Of a stretch of 64,000 bases of DNA, positions 48,357 to 60,626 are shown in pieces. The stretch is from assembly GCF_000143415.4 (NCBI RefSeq), contig NW_003314309.1:1053199-1117198 (forward strand). Direction: 5' to 3'. The position numbers and the translations under genes were made by a program. This stretch comes from Selaginella moellendorffii (lineage: Eukaryota; Plantae; Lycopodiophyta). The notes under the pieces were generated by a model. The model was not told the DNA's origin, searched no databases, and saw only the letters and a list, made by a program, of their open reading frames with translations. How positions within the stretch are numbered: position 1 is the first letter of the stretch; each line of letters starts with the position of its first letter.

Positions 48357-50294
48357 CTACTTTCGTGTAAGTAAACTCCCCAGACTTTCCCAGAACAAAA
48401 TACAAAAGCTCCATAGCAAGAAACAAGCTGCTCCCGTTACCATCCCTGCCAATACCTCATCATGATCATCATTCCCTACCTCCTTCTCAGGTGTTGATCC
48501 TTCATGATCCGGTTCCTGGCACTGTGAAATAGGCGATCCACATAGCCCTGAATTCCCTTGGAACGAACTCAATGGAAACGTCGTCAACTGACCCTTCTGC
48601 GGAATCCCTCCCGATAAATTGTTGAACGAGACATTGAAATCCATGAGCGGGAGCCTGGAGAATGATACAGGTATCACACCAGTGAACAAGTTGCTCGACA
48701 GATCCACAGTACTCAATCGCTTGAGAAAGCCAAGGCTGGAAGGAATGCGGCCAGACATTCGGTTCCTTGCCAGGCTGATCTGATACAGACTCTGCATGTC
48801 TCCAAACTCCACAGGAATAGCGCCGGTAAACAGGTTTCCAGACAGGTCCACTAATACCAGACTGTCAATCTCCGGGAAGAGCTTGTCCTGGTAGATGTAC
48901 AGCCGCTTGTTACACACCATAGGAGCTTTGGTCTGAAACTCCTGGATGCTAATGCCGAGAAGGGGGAAAATCGAGTTGATGCCCCGGTTTCCAGGGCACT
49001 TATACGCTTCGTTGTTATCAAACACCAGCCGAAATTCCCTTGTTGTGTTGTCCACGAGCGGGGCTGGCTTTGATCGCCCTATGCGAGGAGGAATCTCTCC
49101 CGTGAGACGGTTGTTGTTGAGATCTAGCCATGCAAGCTTCTCACATCCAGAGAGTTCACCAGGAAGCTCACCTTCGAGAGAGTTGTTACTGACGGCAAGC
49201 ACTGTGAGTCGCTTCAGCTGCCCGAGAGATGAGGGAATTGTTCCAGACAGGTTGTTGCTGCTCAGGATCAACCATTCCAGGCTGTGGAGCTTGGAGACCT
49301 CGGGAGGAATGGGACCTTGGAGGTTGTTGAAGCTAAGGATGAGAGTGACTAATGAGCTGCATTTAGATATGGTCGTAGGTACAGGACCGTGAAGCTCATT
49401 TGACCAGACGGCAAAGTGCTCCAGTTTAGATGTCTTCTCGCAGAGGTCAGTTGGGATTTCTCCGCTGATTGTATTGAAGCTCAGATCCAACACCTTGAGC
49501 TTTCGGCAAAGGAGAATGGTATGGAGGAACGGACCCGTCAACCTGTTGTTTGAAATGATGAGTTCTTCCAATTCCGAGCCAGTGCTCGAGCATATATCCC
49601 TCATGACATCTCCGTTTGTGAATCTATTGGAGCTTAAGTTGAGAATCCTAAGCTTCGAAGGGAGAGAAGCGGGGAGATCACCTGTGAAGCTATTATGGCT
49701 GGCATTCAGGGTCTTCAGGTTTCGAGCACACAGGTTGATCACTTGTTCAACGTCTCCAGACAAGAGGTTGTGGGAGATGTCTAGAGCTTCCAAGCTTTTG
49801 CAACTAGTGAGAGAAGACACAGACAATGATCCGTACATGAGATTGTGTGAGAGATTGAGAAGCTTGAGCCTTGTGCATGCATCAAGAATGCTGACGCTAT
49901 CACTGGAAGTGATTCTGTTGTTTGAGATATCTAGATACTCCAATGAGCACTCTGATGAACTGTTCGACGAGGAGATGGGGGAGATAGTAAGATTGTTGCC
50001 CGACAAGAACAAGCCCTGTAGATGAGATAAATCTCCAATGACATCGAAGGGAATGGCACCAGATAATGATTTGAACCGGAGATCCAGCCTAATCACCAGG
50101 CCATCTGGTGAACATGTTACACCATTCCACTGACATAAGACACTGGTAGTCTTTGAACTCCAACTGTTTAGAGCAGCGGATGGATCTTCCAGTGAAGTCT
50201 TCAAGCGGAGAAGTGTCGTTGCATCAGTTGATCTATTACCAAGTACCAGTTCCAAAGCTTGCAAGATGATTAGCTGGAGAAAGAGTAGATTCAT
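48357..50294 (-). CDS. LRR receptor-like protein (no kinase) with a BRI1/BRL-like island domain, intronless, 645 aa
   Basis: Signal peptide, LRRNT (CQWNGVTC), LRR array, ~70-aa Cys-pair island, terminal LRRs, GNSGLCGSPI cap, acidic juxtamembrane, GxxxG TM and a ~10-aa tail. Confidence 0.9.
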   Translation of the reverse strand: MNLLFLQLIILQALELVLGNRSTDATTLLRLKTSLEDPSAALNSWSSKTTSVLCQWNGVTCSPDGLVIRLDLRFKSLSGAIPFDVIGDLSHLQGLFLSGNNLTISPISSSNSSSECSLEYLDISNNRITSSDSVSILDACTRLKLLNLSHNLMYGSLSVSSLTSCKSLEALDISHNLLSGDVEQVINLCARNLKTLNASHNSFTGDLPASLPSKLRILNLSSNRFTNGDVMRDICSSTGSELEELIISNNRLTGPFLHTILLCRKLKVLDLSFNTISGEIPTDLCEKTSKLEHFAVWSNELHGPVPTTISKCSSLVTLILSFNNLQGPIPPEVSKLHSLEWLILSSNNLSGTIPSSLGQLKRLTVLAVSNNSLEGELPGELSGCEKLAWLDLNNNRLTGEIPPRIGRSKPAPLVDNTTREFRLVFDNNEAYKCPGNRGINSIFPLLGISIQEFQTKAPMVCNKRLYIYQDKLFPEIDSLVLVDLSGNLFTGAIPVEFGDMQSLYQISLARNRMSGRIPSSLGFLKRLSTVDLSSNLFTGVIPVSFSRLPLMDFNVSFNNLSGGIPQKGQLTTFPLSSFQGNSGLCGSPISQCQEPDHEGSTPEKEVGNDDHDEVLAGMVTGAACFLLWSFCILFWESLGSLLTRK

Positions 50295-50695
50295 CACAAC
50301 AAGGTTGGAGGTTTGGAAACGCTATAGGGATTTGCTTAGACCATGACTTGTTGAGGTCCTATTATTTATTTCACTTGAAGCCGAAGCTGTTTCTCTCTAA
50401 AAGTTCCAGTTGTAGGTCCCTCTCTCAAAGACTAGTGCAATGTAGGTCCTATGGTCTTTGGTCGTGAGTGCAAAGACTAGTGCAATGCTATTGTCTTTGG
50501 TAGAGGACCACAAAGAAAAAGTCAGACGACGTGCTTTTAAAGCGAAAGTCAGTCTTAGCACTAGTTTGAATATTACTATGCATGCAAGGGAGCTCGTGAC
50601 TCGAGGCTCTAGAAAAACTAGCTTTTTGACCATACACATACTACATTAACAACTATCTTCTGGTCATTCGGGTTTCAGGACTCCTTCACTTGGCA

Positions 50696-52028
50696 ATGGA
50701 TTTTCTCCGTTACCTCTTTGGATGCAAAGGGCAGAGCGGATATGGATCGTCAACCACAGCGGAGCAAGTCGCTGACGGCATTTCTTTGTCCTCCTACACC
50801 GCCATTGTGACTGGTAAGAAGTACAAATTCCTGGGACTCGTTTAGATCCAAGAGTAGTGCCTCAGGAGCAACATCTGGCATTGGAGTAGAAACTGCAAGG
50901 GTGCTAGCAAAACAAGGCGCTTGTGTGGTTATTCCCGTGCGGAAGCTCCAATCCGGGGAGGAAGTGCGATGCAAAATCTTGCAAGAGTTTCCGGATGCAA
51001 ATGTTGCCATCTTAGAGCTTGATCTGAGCTCCCTCAAATCCGTGCGGAAGTTTGTGGCCAATTTCAAAGCTCTTAAGCTCCCTCTCAACATTCTCATGTA
51101 AGTCATTCGATTCTCAATCTGGACTGAGAATTCTTTAGAAACAATGCAGGAATTGCTGCTGGAAAATTCGTTCTGTCGGAAGATGGTCTTGAGCTAGATT
51201 TCGCAACAAATTATATGGGTATTTTTAAATAAATAAGATTTAAAAAACAATTGCTGGCCGTCTATTTTTCATAGGCCATTTCCTGCTAGTTGAGCTGCTA
51301 ATAGAGGATATGATCAAAACGGCAAGGGAGAGTGGCAAGGAGGGAAGGATCGTAATCGTGTCTTCAGAGGCGCATAGGTTCACACCAACTGGTGGAATAG
51401 CCTTGGACAAGATAAACGACAAAAAAAGGTTTTTTCTTTCAAGTTCCGCTAGAGACTTGACATGTTTGAAGTTGTTGTGACTCTAGCTTTTGGTATGCGA
51501 CCTCTTATGGTCAATCGAAACTGGCAAACTTGCTCCATTGCAAGGAGCTCTCCAAGAGGTTACAGGTTGATATGCAGATTTTAAATACTCCAGACAAAGA
51601 ACGGTGTATGTGTTGCAGGAAATGGGAGACGTCAATGTAACAGTCAATGCTTTACATCCGGGTAGCATCAGCACTGGCATTGGACGTGATTTCAACGCAT
51701 TGTTCACAAGTATGACACTTACTGAACCTGAACTAGATGATGAACTTTGTGTTTTTGCAGGGACAATATTTGCATTGGGATCTCCATTCCTGAAAAACGT
51801 TTCACAGGTTTGGATTGGAGATTTGTTTAATGCCATGGTTTGAAGCGTCCAGGGAAACAGGGAGCTGCTACAACGGTTTATGCTGCAGTTCATCCGTCAC
51901 TCAAAGGTATCAGTGGCAAATACCTTATGGATTGCAATGAAGCGGATTGTCACGCTAATGCAAAGGACATGAAACTGGCCAACAAGCTCTGGGCGTTTAG
52001 TATGACCTTTTTATCATCTCTTAGCTGA
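50696..52028 (+). CDS. Short-chain dehydrogenase/reductase, TIC32/retinol-dehydrogenase-like; 8 exons
   Basis: [18 protein letters not shown]|[42 protein letters not shown] (YxxxK), LHPG, QGAATT.Y.A.HP..KLW.FS. Confidence 0.93.
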
Positions 52029-53240
52029 TCAGATGAAATAATAAAATTTAAGAGCAACAAAGTTTAATGTCACTTCCTCGTTTGGACAAACTGGTTCACA
52101 TGCTTTACTTTTTTTAATTGTAATTTAAAGATATCTAAAGATTTTGCAAGATATTATTCCTTTATTTTCATGATGTTTCTTGACCATTTTAAAGTAGTTG
52201 TTGAGTTGAATGTGCGTTTTATGAATGTGACTGACTGTTGACCGTCTCATGCCTACACTAATACATACAAACATAGTTGTAGAATGTGGACCGCCATGAA
52301 TTCCACTGTTCATGTGATATATCACATTTGGTTGCATTCTTTGGGCCTTAATAAAAATAACAACAATAATCAAACAAATATATAGGAGATAACTGAAAAA
52401 TGTAGAACCTCAAGAAAGTCATGGTCTAAGCAAATCCTTGTAGCGTTTTGCTAGAAGTAAGGAATATTGGGAAATATTCCATTCTGTTCGTTGACCGTTG
52501 ACTGAAAAGGTGGGAGGCCGAGTCCATCAGTCTTGTGGAGAAGGTTGCCCCACGAGGTGTCGGTGTGTGTGTTACTGGCATCGGTAGCGTGACACCACTA
52601 CTATGATTCGTGCACTTTCCAAGGCATCATGTGTGGCAATTTGAAAACCACAAGAAGAGTATGCCACATTGACTTGGTCAACATTTTGGCAATCCAAGAA
52701 TATTCAGAATATTGTTTTTGACTGTAGACTAAAAGTTGACCAAGAGTTTACCAAAGTGGGGAGGATCTAGAGTGACTAAGACATACATAAAATCCATCAA
52801 TCATATGGGCAACTGTGTTTTGTGTTTGCAAAGTGAAATACACTAATCTTGCAAGGGACTTGTGATTTAGAGCAAAATTTGAGGGAATACACAAGGACAC
52901 TAGGTGATAAATCTGAGGGGCCATGCCAGACACTTGGCTTGCTCCAGCTGTGTTGCTCATCAGAACAAATCTAGCAAATTTGGTCTATCCATTCATTTAT
53001 ATAAGTAGTGGTCTAAACCCTAATTAATATGTTTATATATAAAGTATAATTAAGTTACTTATAAGTTATTTATATTTAAAATAAGTTATTTCTAAATGAT
53101 TAAACACTACTTAAAACTTAGAAATTATAAAAATAAGAACATATCTATAGAAATAATTAGATTATAAATATTTAAAGATGTAAATATAAACTTAGATCTT
53201 ACATTTTACTAAATTTATAATAAAATACTTTTTTATACAA

Positions 53241-55285
53241 TATAAGTGCATGGAATATAAAAATAGAATACAGAAATATACATATCAATTAGCCCAAAAA
53301 ATTTAGCTTAAATACAAAAGCGATCAAAATCCTATTACATTAATATTAATATATGGTATTATAGTTGTATATTTAGACTTCACATCATCATTAGAAGTTA
53401 AGGTTTTTTGGTTGACGGGCTGGGATTTGGAGGAATATCAAAAGGAGGTATCTATAGATCTTTAAGTGGTGCTAATTATTCTTGATCCTTTTGTATGAAG
53501 CATTTTAAATGCATACATAATTTCTAGAGTATCAAATTATGCCAAACTTTATAAATTTATAGTTCAACTTGCCGCAACACCCGATATAATCCCTTCCACT
53601 GAATAAGCAATCTTTTAGACAAACCATATACTATAAGAATTGAAAAATAAATTAACACTAAGTTGTCCACTTTGTATTTTGCTGATGAAAGTTGTAGCAC
53701 TATTGTTGTTTCATTTATATATGGCCTAAGTGTTTAGCATATTCCACTTAGACAAGTGGAAGAATGTTTGTTAAATGCTGATTCTAGGACCTAACATCGA
53801 CAATAAACTCAACTCTATTGGTAATATTGGATCATGACCATATAAAAATTTATATAGTAAAGCACCAACAAAACTCTCTTTTTGAAAGTTCAAACAAACC
53901 ATTCTACCAAGCTATCTACCTATGGATGATAAACACTTATGAAAATATAGTGTATCCCCAACCAAGATATTGCAATATGAAATACTTTAGTCATAAATAT
54001 GGGACCATTATTTGAGAGAATCTGCTCTACACAAGAATGTTAAAACACCACTTGATTGAGGAGGAAGTACCAAATATCAATCACTAACACACTAGCAAGA
54101 GTATTAATTTCTACTCAATAAGTCAAGTAGTTGAAAGTAATAATATCATACTCATTACTAACAGTTGATTGTGGAAAAGGCCCCATCAAATTAAACATCA
54201 CTAACTCAAAGGGATAGAAAATTGCAATTGACTCCAATTGTCCTTCTATAAAACAAAGGGGTACCACTAAACACAGCTATACATTTGTCAAATAATATCA
54301 TGTCACATCTTTGGACAATTGAAAAACTTGTGCAGCTTCTCAATCATATATTTGCTTAAAATAGAAGAGTCATGATAAACATGGTAAAAGTATGGAATAA
54401 ATATCAAAAGCACTATTAGCTATAAATGATAATTAGAATCAGTCCTAATAAAATAAAGGTCATTTTTAAGGCAATATTGAAAAAGTAGATGCTAAAATAG
54501 CAAATTATTAGTAAGTGATCCAAGATTTTTAAACCCTTCACGAAATCTTCAGATCCATGACTCAATCTTTTGAATCTTATGAACCTCATTAAGAGAAAGT
54601 AAATTTTTCTCTACACCTTGTGGACATAAAATATTATGTACATTAACTGCTAACAACATGGAATTTTCATTTAGAAATCCACTGATGCTTGAATAACATG
54701 CTCACTAGAAATAAAAGAAAAGAGTGAAGAAGGGAGAGGAGCTCAAGAAAGGGTATTGGGATTAGCCATAGAACTCCCTAGGTGATGAACAACTTTAAAA
54801 TCATATATTTAAAGCTTCAAGACCCACTAAGTAGTATGACTAATAAAGTTCTTCCACTTCTTTAATGAAGTACTTGTAGCATGATCACCTTTTAATAATG
54901 TCTGAGAACTATACAAATATACACAAATCCCAAATTGCTGTTAAACACTCCTTTTTTGTTATAAAATAATTCACCTTTACTAATTGTAATATATATGCAA
55001 TGGGATGGCACTGACCAAGCACACTTGCGACACACCTCTAAGACCGATATCATAAGCATCCATATGTAAAATAAAAGGTTAAGTATAGTCAGGATATGCT
55101 AAAACTAAAGGAGTCGTTAATAACTCTTTAAGGTTTGTAAATGCCTACTCACAGTCCACAGACTAAATGAAATAACAATATTGTTAATTTTAATAATGCT
55201 CGCAATAGTGCAGTATGATAAAAAAATGATTAATGAAATGACTAAGATATTGCATCTTGCCTAAGAAGCTTTTCACACTTTTACC
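53241..55285 (-). mobile_element. 5'-truncated, heavily decayed copy of the short-LTR gypsy family
   Basis: LTR at 53241-53384 similar to 43859-44034; the following sequence is colinear with 44.1-46.0 kb and breaks off near 55285. Confidence 0.8.
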
Positions 55286-55331
55286 CATGGTACATGGAAC
55301 AACTCATGGAACTATTGATAGGCTAACATTA

Positions 55332-55517
55332 ATCTTGCTAATTCAAAGTGTAACCTTGAGTTGCTAATGTGCCTCACTCACAAGCCCAAACACAAACTCA
55401 TCCAAAAATTGTACACCTCAAATCCATCTTGCCAACTCAAAGTGTAATCTTAAGTTGCTAAAGTGCCTCACTCACGAGTCCAAACACAAACTCGTGCAAA
55501 ATAGAACATCTCAATCC
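55332..55517. repeat. Two ~95-bp diverged tandem repeats
   Basis: ATCTTGC.AA.TCAAAGTGTAA.CTT.AGTTGCTAA.GTGCCTCACTCAC occurs twice. Confidence 0.8.
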
Positions 55518-57002
55518 TTTTTATGAGCTCAAGAGCAAGTTCACATAATAAAGTATAACAGGTAATCAAAATTTATACCCAAGGAATGAATGCAAAGTCA
55601 TTGCACTTAAATGTGTACCCACTCGGATCATCATTTTTATCTCTGCGTATGCAACGAAACTAGTTGCCCAATCTCATTGGATAGTATTCGCCAAAACTCA
55701 TTCTTTGATACTAAATGTAGTGCACATGGTTTTCATCTTTTATCCTATAGTGATTTACCATAAGATAACCACAAAGCGAAATCTAAACCTCCATGTGCCA
55801 TGTGTCATATGCCATATGCCATATGCCACATGTCTAAAGGACAGCGGAGTGGAACCCGAGTTTCATTGCCTTAGGCCACTAAACAAAAGAATAGTGCCAA
55901 ACTCCCAAGTATGGAACCAAGGAGCAATGGCACTGGAGCACGTAATAACTCCCGAGCATATAGCTCAAGGAGCAAAGGGACAAGAGCAGGAAGCAATTTG
56001 AATCAGTCTGTAACTGACTAAATTTTTCCATTTTACTTTAGTCACTTAACCGCATCTCCAACCACTTGAAGGAGTCTCACTCACAACCTCCATAAGTCCT
56101 ATTTCGGACTTGGGCTTGCTAGCCCCTAGAATGGCATCCCCGCCACTCAACCTTTGCACTTGGTCTAAGTGCCCCACGTGTCCAATCCCATGACCAACAC
56201 CCCAAGGTACCACTAACATATCAGCCCGTTATGCTAAGGCCATGCCCATTCACCTTGGTCACACTGGTGATCTAACACCACTTGCATCACAGTCCCGTCT
56301 CTCAAAGACTGGGCCATCCAGCCACGAGTGATCATCCCAGATCCACTCCTTAGCATCCTTAGGATGCCCACAGACATGGGGAATAGCCTTCCCCAACATC
56401 CCTTTATCAGTTCCTACCAAGTCCCTTTCCCGTCCATGGTTATGTTCACCAACACTGCCACTAGGTCGAGGCCCGCAGGCCCGGCCACTAAGTCCCATTG
56501 TCCCCTGGGACTTCCTCACCATGTAACTGTATCCGTAGTCACTACACTAGAAGATTGCTCCTCCTCCTTTCCCCCATTGGGACTTCGGGACAACATTTCG
56601 AAACACTGTGGCCCTACGTGAGCCCCATAGGTACTCTCCCCACCTTCCGCCTTTAGGTGCTCTAGCCATGGGCTTAGAGCGAGGTTCCATTGAGCCACAC
56701 TAGGTATCCAAGTAGGTAGTGCCACCCACACTTGGACTGGGAGCATCGGCCAGATGATCTCCCGGGGGAACTAGAGCCGGCTCTTGAACACTTCACCAAG
56801 CTACCCCGCTTGTCGGTCCATGTTCACTTTAGTCTTGGACTTCCCAGTGGTCAACTCATCACCCAACACTGGGTGCAGCCTCTCTGGGCCAAACTGGCCT
56901 TTCCTGGCCAAACTGGCTCCATTGCAGTCCTCCCCCTACTATACTTTTGGAGCTCACCAAACCCCCCAGAGTCTAGGAGACGAACGCTTTAGGCTTTCAC
57001 CC

Positions 57003-57110
57003 TCTCAGACTCGAATTCGGACTTGGACTCGGACTCAGACTCGGACTCGGACTCGGCCTCGGCCTCGGTCTCGGCCTCGGCCTCGGTCTCGGCCTTGGTC
57101 TCGGTCCCGA

Positions 57111-57157
<47 letters not shown>

Positions 57158-57500
57158 ACCTCGGACTCCATCTCGGGTCCATCTCGGACTCCATCTCGGA
57201 TTCCATCTCGGACTCTATCTCGGACTCCATCTCGGACTCCATCTCGGACTCCGTCTCGGTCCATCTCGGACTCCATCTCGGACTCCGTCTCGGTCTATCT
57301 CAGACTTTGTCTCGGTCTATCTCAGACTTTGTCTCGGACTCCATCTCGGACTCCGTCTCAGTCCATCTCGGACTCCATCTCGGAGTCCGTCTCGGTCCAC
57401 TTCGGACTCCATCTCGGGCTCCACTTCGGACTCCATCTCGGGTCCATCTCGAGCTCCACTTCGGGTCCATCTCGGACTCCACTTCGGGTCCATCTCGGAC
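57003..57500. repeat. Hexamer/12-mer minisatellite (TCGGAC, TCGGTC, GGACTCCATCTC) in the left LTR
   Basis: Direct tandem array; source of many spurious low-complexity ORFs. Confidence 0.95.
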
Positions 57501-60500
57501 ACTTCCACATGTCATGTGTTGGTTCTTTTGGGTCCCTTTTTGGAGCCTTGCTTATTGCTCGCTTCATGCTCGTTCCTTGAGCACTCTGTTGGGAGTTCCA
57601 CTCCCGCTCTCAACCTCTCAAGTCGGAGCCTTTTAGTCCAAACGTGTTACGCTCGTTTGACTTTTGCTTCGGCCACTACCACATGGCACCCTTTCGGCTC
57701 CACTTTGGGGCTTAGGGATTTGTGTCTCACAACTCCACCACCCATAGACGAAGTTCGATGTCCTCATCGAACGGTAAACCCTTTTATAAAGTAACACCCA
57801 CATGTATTACCGTTTCCATCCTTGGACCCCGGCCAATATTTGTCTATTGGTTTGACACCAAAGGCGCACCATGCCTTGTCCATCCTTCAAGGAGCATAGT
57901 CTCTCCAATATAGAGACTCATTCGACCACCTGGGGTGGTTTACTCTCTTTTATTGGTTCAGTTCTTGTTAAACCCGTTAGGGACTCCCTCTCTAACTCAA
58001 TTCCACTACTTATTCTCGAGTAGTCTCAAATTCCATCGACATAACTTTGCACTTTGGAACTTTTAGTTTTGACTTCTCAGAGTCAATTTCCTAGGTGTCT
58101 CCGACACCTTACGTTGCACATGGTGCAACTCCACTTCCCTATCCTAGGAAGTTCTTTACTTGAGGATACCATCATCCTCTCTCTGATATCGTGCCACCTT
58201 TGACACTAAGTTTCAGTTATCATAATTGGTGCTAGGGCTACCCACGGCCCTATTATTTGGCTACCTTCCCACTCCCCCCTTTGGAGCATCCACTCTGCCA
58301 AATCGGAGCAGTTGGGAATCCACCCTTAGGGAAACTTTGCCTTTCCCACAATCTGTTAGCACCCAACACATTAGTGTTCTCGGCCTAACTTTGCCATTTG
58401 GATTCTTTCCCAGGATTCTTATGGCTCTTTTCTTAGCCACTAGTCTTTTGCTCCTATCCTTGATTGTTGCACCTAGCAACACAGGATTGCTACCTCCATT
58501 TTCGAGGTTTCCTTTCAGTTCCATAGCAAACACTTTACTTTGCCAAGTCCAGAGGGTGTTCACCCCTAGTACGTCTCTTTAACATTTTCTGCTGTGGGCT
58601 CTATCCATGGCCCAACTTTTGAGATCCTCCCTTGGATCTCTTATAAAGACTACCTTCCTCGGACTTACTATGCCATAGCATTAACATAGTTCATTTCCCT
58701 TAGATGTTCTTCTCGCTTGGTCACCTTAACCAAACCACACCATTATCAATAGTTCAAATCAACACTTTGAACTTAAAATCATATTCCTTAACCCAAACAA
58801 AGACTTTGTCTTTGTTTAACCACAAGATCACCTAGTGATCTCATCCTGACCCCTTAATAGGTCTACCCATAGGAACTAGGTCTTCCAGACCCTTCTATGT
58901 TGTTGACTATGACCCCGGGGGCATCCCCCACACTTGGCGGTGTGCCCAAGCCAGCCCTTCCGGCCAAGAATCCATAGCAACTGAGACTGAGTGTCCCTAT
59001 CTCATTCACCACGTCCTTGGTGCCCTTTGCACCAAAGTGTTCAAGTTAGATATGCCAAGCTTTCACTCTAAGCAATCTAACTGTGCATCATGACTCCGAG
59101 GCATCCCTCACTTGGCGGTGTGCCCAAACTAGTCTCCTCACTGAGAGTCCATGACCACCGAAAAATGAGTGTCCTCATATTCCAAACCATCACCATGCCC
59201 TAGTGATTTGGGACTTGAACCCAAGCACTAGAGGGTCGGGACTTGAACCCAACCTCTGTATATGCATCTACGGACGGCATCACACCGGATGCCTGGCGTG
59301 GCTCCCTACGCCGGTGCTCCAACTTATTTTTAAAGCGCGCTACAGATCACAGCTTAGGAACCTAGTTCCTCCACACTGCTAAGTCCTCTCGTTTGACAAG
59401 TCTATGATCATGCATGGACTCCTCCATGCTCGGCCCCATGGCCCACCCTTTTTTGAAGTTATCACCTTCAACTAGGGCATTTGTTCCCCCGACTTGCCAA
59501 TCTCGCTTAGCAAATCCTCCGACAACTGTAACATGGTTCCTGCATAAGCGTGAAAGTCCTTGGCCATTGACTTTCGTTCAAAACCCTTTCTTTGAACACT
59601 CAAGAACTACTTCCCTAACCTTGATAGCTTTGCCTCATGGCAAGCTTCAAGACCACGCTTCTGCTGCACCATTCTGATTTCGCGCATTTCATGAACCATT
59701 TACCCTTGGCCTTTCTAGGTACTAAGCTACTTAGAATCGTTTTTGAGAACCTTGAAGGAACTCTGTCCCTTAGCTTGCTAAGGCCTCCCTTTTTGCAAGC
59801 TTTATAGTTGCCATATAGTCTAACATGGACAATTCTATATTTTAGACTCTCTATGGCATCACGGTTGCTAGCAACAACATCCTCGAGCACCCTCTTGATT
59901 CTCCACTCCCAACTTGCATAACCACCATTGGATATGCCCTTTGATTTCTATGGTTCAGTTCTATCCCAATACTACTTGCCTTTTGGCCCCATATGTTTCC
60001 TTTGGTTATTCTCCTCCAGACTAGGAGGATAGCTTTGCACATTTTACTATGCCTTAGCAAGTATTTTTAGGGATGAACCTACCCGATAGCCTAGGGAGTG
60101 GTTCCTCAATCTTGGGCATGCTCACCTTATAATCCCACACATTGGGATTAACATTGCTGCTTATGGGCCCTTACATGCCCATCACTAGCCTTGCCAAAAT
60201 TCCATTTTTGGCTTTGTTCAATTCGGATAGACAGTCTTCTCCTGTTTCCACAATCTTGGACATTTGGATAGCACCTACTATCCATCATTCGCTAGGGACT
60301 TAGTCCTTTGGGCCTTATCTATTGCCCTTGCGACACGAAATACCACCTCCTAGTGTTCTAGAGTGCTTGGGTGTCCCAATGATGGCCTCCTGATAATGAG
60401 CATTCCCGTTTACGACATTGACTTACTATATCGCAACATAAGCAATTTATCCCCCATAAGGGTATATCTAACTTCTTTATGCCATTAAGAAGTCTTGGGT

Positions 60501-60540
60501 AGCTACCTTCTACCCATTTAACCAATTGTCTTGCACCTCT

Positions 60541-60626
60541 TGCTTAGTTGCCCCATAGTTGTCAAGTCCTACAACTCATTGCTTGCTTAGTTGCCCCATA
60601 GTTGTCAAGTCCTACAACTCATTGCT
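60541..60626. repeat. Perfect 43-bp tandem duplication inside the LTR element
   Basis: TGCTTAGTTGCCCCATAGTTGTCAAGTCCTACAACTCATTGCT x2. Confidence 0.9.

Noticed and set aside
56050-56065. CCGCATCTCC(A/G)ACCA in both LTRs resembling a tRNA-Ala 3' end or second PBS
   Set aside because: Short, imperfect and inside the LTR; a perfect iMet PBS already exists at 61825-61836.
56784-57794. 336-aa RS/SR-rich ORF and other repetitive ORFs here and at 62676-63494
   Set aside because: They arise from stop-free hexamer arrays inside LTRs, are open in many frames on both strands and have no RRM or other domain; not SR proteins.
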